From Candidatus Krumholzibacteriia bacterium (GTDB lineage: Bacteria > Krumholzibacteriota > Krumholzibacteriia > Krumholzibacteriales > Krumholzibacteriaceae), in the NCBI GenBank assembly GCA_963836185.1, contig CAWIIQ010000006.1, positions 1-64,000 of the forward strand: 64,000 bases of DNA, written 5' to 3'. Numbering within the stretch: the stretch's first letter is position 1; the number at the start of each line of letters is the position of its first letter. The translations under genes were made by a program, and so were the position numbers. Positions 37,936 to 49,085 of this stretch are shown here, piece by piece. The notes under the pieces are model-generated. The model had not been told where the DNA came from and did no database searches. It saw only the letters and a program-made list of their open reading frames with translations.

Positions 37936-38964
37936 CAGATCCGAGAAGTCCTCGCTCTGGCCCTCAGGGCGCTCGAAGGGAAATGGGAGCGTATGCCCGG
38001 CGGAGGGTTCTCGGACAGAGCCACTGTGAGCGTTATAACGAAGGGCGGATCGGACAGGAATTTCCTCAGGGTCGAGGAAGAAGGACTGTCAGCGGTTGTC
38101 CTTGTCCAGCCGGGAGGCGGACCTGAATTCGACCGCTACATAAAGGTCGGGGATTTTCTCCGCGATAACGGCATTCCTGTCCCGAAATTCTATTCGATCT
38201 GTGAGGACGGCGCGGTGGTGATGGAGGACCTCGGCGACATGCATCTCGTCGACGCTCTCGTGGAAGCGGACCAGCAGGCGGAACTGGCATTTTACCGTGA
38301 CTGCATCGATATACTCTTCCGCCTGCAGACAACGGTGACAGTCGCCGCGGATGGAACAGGTATCCCGGAAGACATGCTTTTCAACGAAGATATAATGCTT
38401 GGCGAGACTGAATATTTTGCGAGGGAGTTTGTCGAAAATTTCGCCGGGATGGAGATCCCGCCGGGATGGGACGAAGAACGCGGGGATCTCGCGGCGGAAC
38501 TTGCCTCGCACCCGCAAGTCTTCATGCACAGGGATTTCCAGAGCCGCAATATAATGGTCAAGGACGGGACGCTCCGTATCGTCGATTTCCAGACCGCCCA
38601 TAAGGGGCCGGGGATGTACGACGTCGCCTCCCTCCTTAAGGACCCCTACCATCCGGTCGAGTCTGGAACGAGAAAGACCCTCCTGATGGAGCTTTATTAC
38701 AGGTTCACCGGGGACGACCCCGAGCCCACAGGGGGCTTCGAAGCATTCAACGAGCGCTTCGTCCTTGCCGGAATACAGAGAAACATGCAGGCCCTTGCGG
38801 CCTTCTCATTCCTCGGCCTCAAGAAGGGCAAGAAGGAATTCCTGGACTACATCAGGCCGGGACTCGGCCTGCTCGAGGAGGGCCTGACCGAATCGGGCCG
38901 TTTCCCGGTAACGAGCGAGCTTGTCGCGCAGCTGAAAGAAAAGATAATAGAAAGGACCGGCTGA
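37932..38964 (+). CDS. Aminoglycoside-phosphotransferase-family kinase, AmgK-like (start uncertain: GTG 37932 with +1 indel, or ATG 37993)
   Basis: Motifs GGSDRNFLR, MEDLGD, HRDFQSRNIM, DFQTA, YDVASLL and QRNMQAL. Confidence 0.82.
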
Positions 38965-38965
38965 C

Positions 38966-39232
38966 ATGTGGAAGATCTTCTTTACTTCGTTCGGCATCAT
39001 GTTCCTCGCCGAGCTGGGTGACAAGACCCAGCTGACGATCCTCAGCCTGGCGGGCAGATACCGCTCCCCATGGGTCGTTTTCGCGGGCGCGGCGCTTGCG
39101 ATGGTCCTGGCAACCGGCCTCGGTGTCCTCGTTGGAAACTTCCTCCCCTCAGTTATAGGCGAAAAAGCGGTCAGGTACGTCTCCGGAGGCCTCTTTATAT
39201 CTTTCGGGATCCTCGTGCTCGCCGGCAAATAA
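38966..39232 (+). CDS. Half-size GDT1/TMEM165 (UPF0016) Mn/Ca transporter
   Basis: AELGDKTQL motif, 3 TM helices, 88 aa. Confidence 0.88.
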   Translation: MWKIFFTSFGIMFLAELGDKTQLTILSLAGRYRSPWVVFAGAALAMVLATGLGVLVGNFLPSVIGEKAVRYVSGGLFISFGILVLAGK

Positions 39233-39240
39233 CTTACATC

Positions 39241-39269
39241 TTGACTCACTAATTATGCCTCCATATATT
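39241..39269 (+). promoter_or_regulatory. Putative sigma70 promoter of the FadL-like gene
   Basis: TTGACT-17 bp-TATATT. Confidence 0.55.
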
Positions 39270-39325
39270 CCGTGCAATATCCGGTTAATCAGTAATTTTT
39301 CTCAATTAGCTGGGAGGCTTCAATT

Positions 39326-40811
39326 ATGAGAAAACTGTTTACAGTCCTGATGGTGCTCGCGCTGTCGGCCGGGATCCCGGCGACCGTGACGGCGACCAAC
39401 GGGATGAACCTCGAGGGGTACGGCCCGGTATCGGCAGGTATGGGCGGCACCTCGTACGGATTCCAGGTCGGAACCGCGGGTATGATGAACAACCCGGCCA
39501 CCCTCGGCTTCTTCGCCGACGGGTACCACCTCGACGTCGCGCTCGGATATCTCGGGCCGCGTATCACCGCCACCGTCACGACCCCGATGGGCGACATGTC
39601 GGCCGATTCGGAGAGCACATCGTTCTGGATGCCCGCGCTCGGCTTCTTCGTCAAGAAGAGCGCGTGGGGTTACGGATTCGGCGTATTCGGCCAGGGCGGC
39701 ATGGGCACCGAGTACAACTCGAGCTCATGGATGTCCGATCCGAGCATGGGCCAGAACACGGCCCTCGAGCAGGGACTCGTCAACCGCTCCGAGGTCAGCG
39801 TCGGCCGCGCGATCGTTCCCGTCACCTACGACGTCAACGAGAAGTTCACGGTCGGCGTGACATTCGACTTCGTCTGGGCCGGAATGGACCTTCAGATGGC
39901 GATGAGCGAGGGTCAGTTCCAGGATATGGCCAACCCTGCCGCACAGAACATCGGCACGGTCAGCGGTTCGATGGTAGAGGCCCTTGGTATGTTCTACGAG
40001 CCGTTCGGCGGCACCGGGATCAGCCAGCTCTACCACGCCTACTTCGATTTCTCCAACGAGAGCTCGTTCTTCGGGGAAGCGAAGGGATACGGCGCCGCCG
40101 GGAAGCTCGGCCTGACATACGAGGTCACTCCCGCTGTCACCGTCGGCGCGACATATCATTCGCAGACCTGGCTCCAGGACCTCGAGACAAGTAACGCCAA
40201 GCTCAGCATGGGCATGAACGCCGATCCCGGCGCCTTCCAGGGCGCCCCGACAGGCACTTACATGGATATGGACATGACCGTCACCGGTACCGTCACGATC
40301 AAGGATTTCGAGTGGCCGTGGGTCATCGGCGGAGGCGTCGCCTTCGATGCCAGCGAGAAGCTCATGCTCGCCCTCGACCTGAAGTACATCGGCTGGGAAA
40401 GCGCCATGAAGGACTTCAAGATGAGCTTCAAGGCCGACGAGACTGCCGAGAACGGCGGCTTCGCGCGGCCTCGAGATGGACGCCGACCTCTACCAGAACT
40501 GGGAGAACCAGCTCGTCATAGCCCTCGGCGGCGCCTTTGAAGCTACCGAGGCCCTGACACTGAGAGGCGGCTACAACTACGGCAAGAATCCCGTTCCCGA
40601 CCAGTACGTCAACGCCCTCTTCCCCGCCATCGTCGAGCATCACATCACGCTCGGCGCCGGGTACGAGTGGGACGCCAACGGGATCAACGGCTCGTTCCAG
40701 ACCGCTCTGGAGAACAGCCAGACCAATCCGGGAAACGGATCGACCATCCCCCCGGTCGAGTCGACTCACAAGCAGTACAACTTTCAGCTGATGTACAGCA
40801 GGGCATTCTAG
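39326..40811 (+). CDS. OmpP1/FadL/TodX-family outer-membrane transporter; apparent +1 frameshift at ~40464
   Basis: ATNGMNLEGYG..SAGMGG..NNPA hatch motif. The C-terminal half LRGGYNYGKNPVP..YSRAF is in the next frame. Confidence 0.85.
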
Positions 40812-40838
40812 CTCTTTGTCGCTGAAACGATAAAAGAT

Positions 40839-40875
40839 AAGGGCCGCGGCAACGCCGCGGCCCTTTTTCTTTTTC
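40839..40875. terminator. Bidirectional terminator
   Basis: AAGGGCCGCGGC-AAC-GCCGCGGCCCTT followed by a T tract. Confidence 0.85.
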
Positions 40876-40891
40876 ACCATGTCCCGGATAT

Positions 40892-41912
40892 CTATTTCGG
40901 CGATCCGAGGATGATCCCTATCCACTTAGTGTCCTCTCTCGACTCGAGGACTATCTTCGTCATCATCGTCAAGGGAACGGACAGTATCATCCCGACCGGC
41001 CCGAATACCCATCCCCAGAACAGAAGGGAAAGGAATACGACAAGCGTCGAAAGCCCCAGCCCCTTCCCCATCACTCTCGGCTCCACGAAATTTCCGATCA
41101 CAAGATTCAGCACGACATACCCTATCGCCACAATGATCGCCCTGGTAAAACCGTACTGGACGAAAGCAAGCAGGATGGGTGGAATCGCCGCTATGAAGGA
41201 TCCGATCGTAGGGATGTAGTTGAGCAGGAATGTGAGCGATCCCCACAGGTATGCGTTATCTACTCCCGCGGCCAGGAGAAGCAGCGTCGCGATGATACCT
41301 GTCGCAAGGCATATCCAGGTCTTGAAGGCGAGATAGCGCTTTATCTCGTTCGTTATCATCTCGAACTGGGGCAGGGACCTGTCGGGAGAGTCGAGGATCT
41401 CCCTGAGTTTCTTCGGGAAGCTCGAGGCCTCGAGAAGCATGAATACGGCCGTCACTATAATGAGAAATCCGTTGGCCAGGACGTCCTTCAGGCTGTTAAG
41501 CACTGTCGCCGTATATCCCATCACCATACCCGGCGTCGACCTTTCCCAGGATATCGATGTTATCCGTTTCGATCCCGCGGCCCTCGAGCCACTGGTATAT
41601 GCCGGAGAAGCGTTGCTCCAGTGCCGTCGCGTATTGAGGGGATGCTTTGACGAAATCGGTGACCGACGCCCCGAGGAATCCGGTAACAAACGAACTGACA
41701 GTGAGGATGACGAGAAGCACGACCAGTATCGCCAGCCACGCGGATATACCCTTCCCGACCAGCCATGAGACCGGAGAGGAACATATGATAGCGAGAAAAA
41801 GTGCGAACAGAACGGGGACGACGATCGATCCGGCGGCCTTCATCCCCGCGACGATAACGACAAATGCCGCGAATGTGACAAGTATGCGCGATGTCGATCC
41901 GGTTCCTTCCAT
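40892..41912 (-). CDS. AI-2E family transporter; apparent +1 frameshift at ~41534
   Basis: LNYIPTIG, GNFVEPRVMG.GLGLS and WGWVFGPVGMILSVPLT. Halves join at VD-PGMVMGY. Confidence 0.88.
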
Positions 41913-41996
41913 CTGTCGCTCCTTCTGATTTATGTTACCTGTTCTTCCCGCAGAGGATTATCGGTCGGGCGGGAAGAAATTGACAGGAAAATCTAT

Positions 41997-42024
41997 AAAA
42001 AACGGGCCGCTGTGAAGCGGCCCG
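41997..42024 (-). terminator. Intrinsic terminator
   Basis: Stem CGGGCCGC/GCGGCCCG followed by T6 on the minus strand. Confidence 0.7.
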
Positions 42025-42071
42025 CCATGTTCTATCTTTCAGATCCGACCTTTATCAGATCCTGATACGGT

Positions 42072-42669
42072 CTAGTTCGTCCAGGCGAATCCTACGCTCA
42101 GGGTCCACCACTGGTATTCGGGCGAATCTCCGCTTTCAAAGGCGTAGTTGTATCTCGCCCCGACAAGCAGGTTCGTGTAGTACCCGACCGGGATCATGAC
42201 TCCTGCCTCGGGAGAGAGCCCGAAATGCCAGGCGGTGTCCTCGAATGCAACGATCCCGATCTCGAGACGCTCCTTCGTGTAGATCGTCCCCACACCGAGG
42301 CCGAGATACGGCATGTAACTCGGATTGTCCAATGGTGACTTGGGATACCAGAAGGCGGTGGCCATTATAGGCGAACCGTACATGATCCTGTACTGGTTGC
42401 CTGAGACATTGCCGTTTTCAATCTCGATCAACTCATCGGTCGTCTCGTAGAAAGTGTTCCAGTGCCACGCAAGCCCGAGCGAAATATTGGGTTTCACAAG
42501 CCATCTTCCCTCGAGCCCGAATCCGCGCCAGCTCTTCCTTGTCGACATAATTCTTCATGTCCCCCAGGGGGAACGAGACGTCGTATGTAATAACGCCTAT
42601 TGCGTCATCGGCCTTAACTGCTCCAGCGCAACAAGCCAGGACCAGAAAAACCGCAAGAATCGTTCTCAT
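42072..42669 (-). CDS. Small outer-membrane beta-barrel (OmpW/OMP_b-brl-like); apparent +1 frameshift at ~42537
   Basis: Signal peptide, PYLGLGVG, FGLSPEAG and C-terminal LSVGFAW. Confidence 0.75.
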
Positions 42670-42706
42670 AATATTCTCCTTTCCCGATATGCAGCTGTTT
42701 CTGCTC

Positions 42707-43369
42707 CTAAGGCGTTGAATTCTGTTTCAGATAAGGTGACTGCTCGAAAGCCTGATCGATGCTGTTCTGGACCCTCTCCGTGTTGTACGAACTTGAGCTG
42801 CTGAGAATACCGTTGATTCCGCAGGTCCAGATTATATCGATATCATCTGTGCCCTCATCAAGAGTGGCATAGTCGTACATGTCTATCAGGATCGTGCCCG
42901 TGTCGTACGAAACGGTGTACCCCGGTGTATACCACGGATAATACGGGTACCACCCACCACCGTACCACGGATACCCTGGATAAACGGGATATCCCGGCAC
43001 ATAAGCGGTCCATTTCGTCTGCGTTATGCTGGCTAACATCACCAGGTCAGGATCGTTCGATTCGGGATCGGTTTCAAGGACGTAACCCATCCGGATCATC
43101 TGCGTCTCGACCTCTGAGATTATCAGGTCCTTGAGCCCACTGGGCACCTCGGAGTCATCATCTTCCGGCTTGCCCGGTTCCAGGATCGTATCAGCGACAG
43201 CGAATGTCGTGTACTTCTGGTAATCCGCGTCCGGATCGTAGCGCGTCACGACAACATCGTAGTCGGCTATGTTGTCGAATCCCGATTCGGGCGCGCATCC
43301 GCCCAGGGCGATCAGCCCCATACCCAGAGCGGCCGCCAGGACTACTCCGCGTCTGAACTTCATTTTCAT
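42707..43369 (-). CDS. DUF4136-like lipoprotein
   Basis: Lipobox LGGC, DYQKYTTF, RMGY...PDLV, Y/P/G-rich loop, GTILIDMYD and IWTC. Confidence 0.75.
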   Translation of the reverse strand: MKMKFRRGVVLAAALGMGLIALGGCAPESGFDNIADYDVVVTRYDPDADYQKYTTFAVADTILEPGKPEDDDSEVPSGLKDLIISEVETQMIRMGYVLETDPESNDPDLVMLASITQTKWTAYVPGYPVYPGYPWYGGGWYPYYPWYTPGYTVSYDTGTILIDMYDYATLDEGTDDIDIIWTCGINGILSSSSSYNTERVQNSIDQAFEQSPYLKQNSTP

Positions 43370-43423
43370 CTTCCGGTCCTCCCTTCCTGTTTTCCTCCCG
43401 GAATACTTCTACTATCAAGTCAT

Positions 43424-43885
43424 CTACTCGAAGAACGGCAGCCCCGATGAGATCTGGATGTCGATCATCATGGTGAGCTCACGGTTGATCTGGTAGAACT
43501 TCGCCGCAGTGATCGGGTCGAGGGCTTTCGAGAACTTCTTGTAATACTTCTTCTCGAGAGAGAGCCTCTTGTCGCGAAGTTTGATCGCCTTGCCGATGAT
43601 ATCTTTCGCGATCTTGTCGGTCATCGAATCGTAATTATCAGCGTATTCCTTGATCAGGGCGATCCGCTGATCGGTCAGCTTGTCGGCTTCGTGCTCCATA
43701 TCCCTGTAGATCGGCCAGAATACCTCGGCCTGCTCGTCAGTGAACATCATCATCTCGGTGATCATCGCCACTCTTTCGGCTTTGACGTCAGAGCGAAGCA
43801 CCTCGAGAATAGCCTCCTGCGCGAACGCAGCGGCCGGAACGGTCATGAGAACCGCGAGCACGATAGCAAGACAGGTCTTCCTCAT
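43424..43885 (-). CDS. Exported small helical protein (Spy/CpxP-like pattern)
   Basis: Signal peptide AAFA|Q, FTDEQAEVFWPIY and helical hairpin. Confidence 0.65.
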   Translation of the reverse strand: MRKTCLAIVLAVLMTVPAAAFAQEAILEVLRSDVKAERVAMITEMMMFTDEQAEVFWPIYRDMEHEADKLTDQRIALIKEYADNYDSMTDKIAKDIIGKAIKLRDKRLSLEKKYYKKFSKALDPITAAKFYQINRELTMMIDIQISSGLPFFE

Positions 43886-43988
43886 GGGATTTACCTCCAG
43901 TTAAAAGGAACGGTTATAAACTGACTGACTCAGTGTATATAACCCGAATTCACCGTCAAAGTCAATCCGGAACGGGCAGTCGACATGC

Positions 43989-46223
43989 CTATCTTCTTCT
44001 GCCCCCACCCCCCGAAGTACGCCTGCTGCCCGTCGACCTCGTATTGCGCTGGCCGCTGCTAGTGGGCTGCGTGCTCTTCTGACCGGTGTTCGCTGGGCCT
44101 CGTGCTCTTCTGACCCGTATTCTTCTGACTGGTCGTCGGCTGGGTAGTCGAACGCTGGCTGGCTGGCTGCCCCTTGTCCCTCGCCGCCTTCTGATTGTTC
44201 AGGTCGTTTTTAGATGCATTGCTGGGCTGCTGGGCTGCCTTGTCCCTGGAGCCTCCCTGCTTGTCCCAGCTGCCATTGTTATTCTTGTAGACGTTCCCGT
44301 TCTTGTCGGCGTAGGTGTTGCTCGCTCTCCCGCCTGCCGGCATCGTCGAGGGTGTCCCGGGGCGGACGTCCCCCGTCCTGTTCACACCGTTGGCCCTGTT
44401 CTTGTACATATTGTTCGATGCGGTATTGTGCTGCCCCGCCCTGTAGCCGGCCTTGAAACCCTGCTTCGCGCCATGATGATAGCCGGCATGATAACCATGC
44501 CTGTACCCGCGCCTGTAGGCGCTGCGGTAAGCTGCCGGTCCCCAGTAACTGTGATAAGGATGACCCCAGCCTATCCTCATCCACCCGTACGGGCCGCCGA
44601 ACCCGATGCCGACCGAGAAACCCCAGCCGGTATACGGGTTATAGCTGACACCGAATCCCCATGTGACGGGACGCGGGTAGTAATAAGGCCCGTACCACGG
44701 ATAGTAGTAGTAACCCGTCCCGTAGACCACTGTTCCGCCGTACACGTACGAACATGAATAACCCGGTGTATACCCTACATAGACGACAGTAGGCGAGTAG
44801 TCGTAGACGTAGACATAGATCACGTTGTATACGGGGCAGCTCGGAGGGATCGTATAGATAACATCCGGCACCTCTACGCAGACGGCCCATGGACCGGTCG
44901 GCGATTTGGCCTCGAACCATACCGCGTCATCGCAGCAGTAATAGGCGCTCCCGACCTTGATCACGGAGCTCGAGGTGTTGACCGCGTAGGTCATATCGGT
45001 GTCCTCGACCTTCTCGAACTTCGGTTCGCCGTCGTATTCCACGCTGACGGTCGCTTCCTTCCTGTCTACTTCGGCAGTCTGCGGCACATACATGTCGAGA
45101 ACGGCATTTTTTGCCTGTTCGGTGCCTGCGACGCTCGCAAGCACGTGGCCGTTCTGTGAATCAGGGGGTATCTTCGCGAAATCCGCGGGAAGGCCGTCCG
45201 AAGGGACATACTTCCACTCACCCTTCATTGAAGGAGCGGTATACCAGCGTCCCGATATCAGGGTGAAGTACTGCTGGCCCTTCAGGTCCATGAAAACGTC
45301 GGAATCGGTATTGGTCATGTAGAGCAGCTCGGTGCCCTCGATAGGGAGCAAACGCAGGGCTCGCCCTCAGTCACGATCAGCTCGGCGGGCTCGGTCGAGA
45401 TGATGACCTCGGGCGGTGACTTGCCCTCAAGCTCAGCGGCTTGATCGGGCGGCGGGTCCTCACCCGCTTCGGCGGCCGCTTTGGCTTCAGCAGCCGCGTC
45501 TTCCGCCGCTGCCTTCTCTGCCTCCTCGGCCAGTTTCGCCACTTCGTCCGGCACCTTGTCGACAGGCGCGTAGCCCGAATCAACCTTCTTCGAGGAGTAC
45601 CACCAGGGGCCGCCCCTCATATAATATGCCTTGCTCTTCTTGTCGTAGACGATGAAAAAGGACGTGTTGACCACGTATTTCAGATCGGTATTCTCGAGAT
45701 CCTGTTCCTTCGGCTCGCCATCAATGAGTATGAGAACTGCAGGCGAACTCTTGACAATGATCTTCGGCGGATCGTTCTTTATCCCTTCCGCGGCGATATT
45801 CTGCTTGTCGACATATTCGAGCATCGCGTTCAGTTCATCAAGAGTGATGAGGAACTCCCACTCCTCGATCTCATCGGTAACAAGTTTCCCGTATGCCTCC
45901 AGGTTCTGTCCCTCCATCGACGGGAACCTTGCTCCCATGACCTTTACATCGGAGAGGACCACCGTTCTCGAGTCCCGGTCGGTCAGGGCATATGCCTCGA
46001 ACCAGACAGCGCCGAATACAGGTGTCTCCGCTGCCGGAACCGAGATCGAGATCGCGGACCTGCTCGTGATGATGTCGCCCTTGAGCGACTCGACCTGCGG
46101 CAGATAGATCGTGATGACCGTATCCCCCGACTCGATCTTGAACGGCCAGTCGAGAGCGGATGCTGAAGACGAAACGAGAAGCGCGGCCAGGATGACGGCC
46201 GCGGCGATAATCCTTGATCTCAT
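43989..46223 (-). CDS. Large exported protein with Y/G/W-rich and Q/S/T/R/G low-complexity tail (often labelled 'carbohydrate-binding family V/XII'); apparent frameshifts at ~45345-45357 and ~44091
   Basis: Signal peptide and three internal repeats (G(E)P..(I/V)..T.L.Y..NT). The corrected frame ends ..TSGGGGRRR* at 43989. Confidence 0.7.
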
Positions 46224-46303
46224 ACTGATACCTCCATGTTGCCGTCATTCTCGGGGGAAAACCGCCTACTGTCCAGCATATTCCATGATCAGGGCCCTGG
46301 AGA

Positions 46304-47188
46304 CTATTCCTCTTTATGCTCTATCTTCCCTGCCGGAGAGAGGTAGATGACGAACTCGTCCTTTCCGTCGACACCGACGAACTCGTCGATCGAGGTCTGG
46401 TCATAGCCGAGGATCGCGCAGGCCCCTCCGCCGATCGCCTCGGCGGCGAGGTAGAGGTTCTGGCAGATGTGCCCCGCCTCCATCGCGATATCCTTGTGAG
46501 CCACCTTGCTGTACCGCCACTCGGTCCTGTACGGGACCGCGGCCCATATGAATACGACGGCGCTGTTGCCGACGAATTTCTGGTTGTAGCAGATCTCGTT
46601 TATCTCATCTACGAGCCCTTCCGCCGTGCGCAGAAAGAGGAGCTTGTGTTTGACAGGAATATATCTGTAGATACCCGGCTCTGATCCCTTCGACCCTGTT
46701 GATAAGCAGATATGTCTCGAACGGATGTCTCGCTCCGCCTGATGGGACGGTCCTGAGGTGGTACCTGACGCGGCCGTCATCCCGCATCACGATCTTCTGT
46801 ATCCCCTGCGTGCTCCAGAGAAGGAAACTCAGCTCCTCGTTCGAGAGATACTCGTCGGTGTATTTCCTGCGGCTCCTTCTCTGCCCGATCATCTTCCGAA
46901 GGGAAGCGTCCCCGACAGTGATCTTGTCGGCGGGAACGAGATCGATCAGCTCAGCCCCGGCGGGGTATTCCTTCTGTATCGGCGGTGGCGGAAAGTTCCT
47001 TCTCCTGGTCGGAGACGAGATCGTCCCAGTCTCCAGTGAATCCCTTGAGGAATACGTGTATCTGCTCGAGGGACATTTTGTCGAGTGTCAGCAGCGTATC
47101 CGTGTCACCGCCGCCAGCCGCGGCAGCGCCCGGAACAGCGGCGAGGATCACCGCTAGAACTAATGCAGCCAGAAATCTCGTTATTCAT
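46304..47188 (-). CDS. SagB/ThcOx-like nitroreductase-family flavoprotein; three apparent +1 frameshifts (~47185, ~46992, ~46681)
   Basis: RRSRRKY, RTVPSGGARHPFETY, MEAGHICQNLYLAA and SDQ..PPPIQK, spread across frames. Confidence 0.8.
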
Positions 47189-47283
47189 CGATCTCCTCCC
47201 GTCTTGGGTATATCTATTTATATACATGGTGATCCGGTATCGTTCCGGTGATTCTAACCAGACACCGACAGTCTCTTCCAGAT

Positions 47284-47331
47284 AAAGAAAGGAGCCGCCT
47301 TCCCTGTCGATGTGACATGGAAAACGGCTCC
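47284..47331 (-). terminator. Possible terminator after rubrerythrin
   Basis: GGAGCCG..CGGCTCC closing stem, followed by TTTCTTT. Confidence 0.5.
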
Positions 47332-47357
47332 ATCTTGCTCGATACGACCAGATCCTG

Positions 47358-47858
47358 CTACTTCACCTCGAAGAACTTCGCCTTCGGGACGTTGCAGACG
47401 GGGCACTTGTCGGGGGTCTCCCCCTCGAAGGTGTTGCCGCAGACCGGGCATACATGGATCGGCGTTCCGGGCAGGTCGCCCCCGCCCTTGACCGCCTCGA
47501 GAGCCTTCTCGTACAGGCCGTGATGGACCTCTTCCACGGCAAGCGCGAAACGGAACGACCTCAATGCCGCGTCGTTGCCCTCTGCCTCTGCTTCCTCTAC
47601 GAATTTCGGATACATCTCCTTGAACTCGTACCCTTCGCCCTCTACCGCGGCGACGAGATTATCGGCCGTATCGCCGACTCCGCCGAGTACCTTGAAATGG
47701 GCATGGGCATGGATCGTCTCTGCCTCGGCGGCGGCGCGGAAGAGTTTCGCGACCTGCGGGTAACCGTCGGCGTCCGCTTTCTTCGCGAACGCGAGGTACT
47801 TGCGGTTAGCCTGGCTCTCGCCAGCGAACGCGGCTTCGAGATTCTCTTTCGATGACAT
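47358..47858 (-). CDS. rbr: Rubrerythrin
   Basis: AFAGESQANRKY, EAETIHA and EEVH, plus C-terminal CPVCG..CPVC rubredoxin-like domain. Confidence 0.93.
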   Translation of the reverse strand: MSSKENLEAAFAGESQANRKYLAFAKKADADGYPQVAKLFRAAAEAETIHAHAHFKVLGGVGDTADNLVAAVEGEGYEFKEMYPKFVEEAEAEGNDAALRSFRFALAVEEVHHGLYEKALEAVKGGGDLPGTPIHVCPVCGNTFEGETPDKCPVCNVPKAKFFEVK

Positions 47859-47951
47859 ATCAGTTCTCCTTTCACTGAATCTGAATCAGTTCAACGACCA
47901 TCTGATGATCTATTAAATCGGCGGAGTATGAAAGCGCCGCCGTGATTTCCT

Positions 47952-49053
47952 CTACTCGAATGCCCCGATAGAATACAGGGCGTTCCCCGAGAAGTCGAAG
48001 AGAGTCATATTCTCCCATGGAGATGGAGCATCGGGGGCGGAGATCCAGTCCGGGGCCCAGTAGAAGACCCCGATCCCTCTGCCTTCCCGCGTTCCCTCCA
48101 CTATATCGATGACCTTCTCTATAAACAGGCGCTGCCCATCTACGCTGGCGTCAAATCCGGGCATGCAGCTGTCCCTCCAGGCCGACCAGGTTATGCTCGC
48201 TGTCGAACCATCCGAGGGTCCAGGGATAGGCCGTCTCGACGACGATGATATCCTTCTCGTACCTCGCTGCCAGATCTTCAAGATTCGCCGCTAAGCTCTT
48301 CGAGCGTCCCGTGCCACCAGGGATAGAAGGAGAGCCCGATGATATCGAATCCGACTCCTTCCGCGGCCAGCCTGTCGAAGAACCACCTGCACTTGTCGTT
48401 ATCGCCGCCGTCGTCGAAATGGATCATGATCTCCGGCATCTCACCGGATCCGGCTCCGTCCATCACGCCGGCGATCCCGGCATCTATCAACCTCGCGAGG
48501 TTCTTCCACCGCGTATCCGCCTCGAGTGTCCCGCAGACCTTTCCATCGTTCCATAGCATGCCGCACGATATCTCGTTCCCTATCTGCACCATATCCGGCA
48601 GGGCGCCGGCTGCATCGAGCCGCCCGACGACATCCGCTGTGTAAGTCCGGACACTGTCCGCCAGGACTTCAAACGGAAGTCCCTCCCATGCCGCGGGCCT
48701 GTACTGCTTGTTGGGATCGGCCCAGTTATCGGAGTAATGGATGTCGAGCAGAAGCCCCATCCCCGCTTCCCGGCCCCGTGAAGCAAGCCTGAGGACCGAG
48801 TCGAGCGAGCCGGTCTCTCCCGAAGGAGAGTGCCAGAGCCTCAACCTTATATAGTTCACACCATGGTCGTGGAAGATCTCTATCGCGTCCCCGGCAGTGC
48901 CTCTGTCACTGAAGATGCCGCCGCCTGCTTCGACCTGCTTCGAGCGCCGAGATATCGACCCCGCGGATGAATGGTCCAGCCGCGGCAGGCCCACAGACTG
49001 AAAGATACCCCGGCAAGGACGATGAACAGCACTGACATCGAACGATCAAGCAT
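47952..49053 (-). CDS. GH53 arabinogalactan endo-beta-1,4-galactanase; four apparent +1 frameshifts
   Basis: FIRGVDIS, NYIRLRLW, DIHYSDNWADP.KQ..P.AW, VQIGNEI, GLSFYPWWHG, VVETAYPW and GVFYW. Confidence 0.85.
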
Positions 49054-49085
49054 CTTGATTTCCCTGGACTGACGACCGGTGGATG

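Noticed and set aside
44065-44160. Short repeats (TCTTCTGAC) as a CRISPR array
   Set aside because: They are coding low-complexity repeats (GQKST) with no regular spacers and no cas genes.
46304-47188. RiPP (TOMM) cluster
   Set aside because: No YcaO, precursor peptide or dedicated exporter is nearby.
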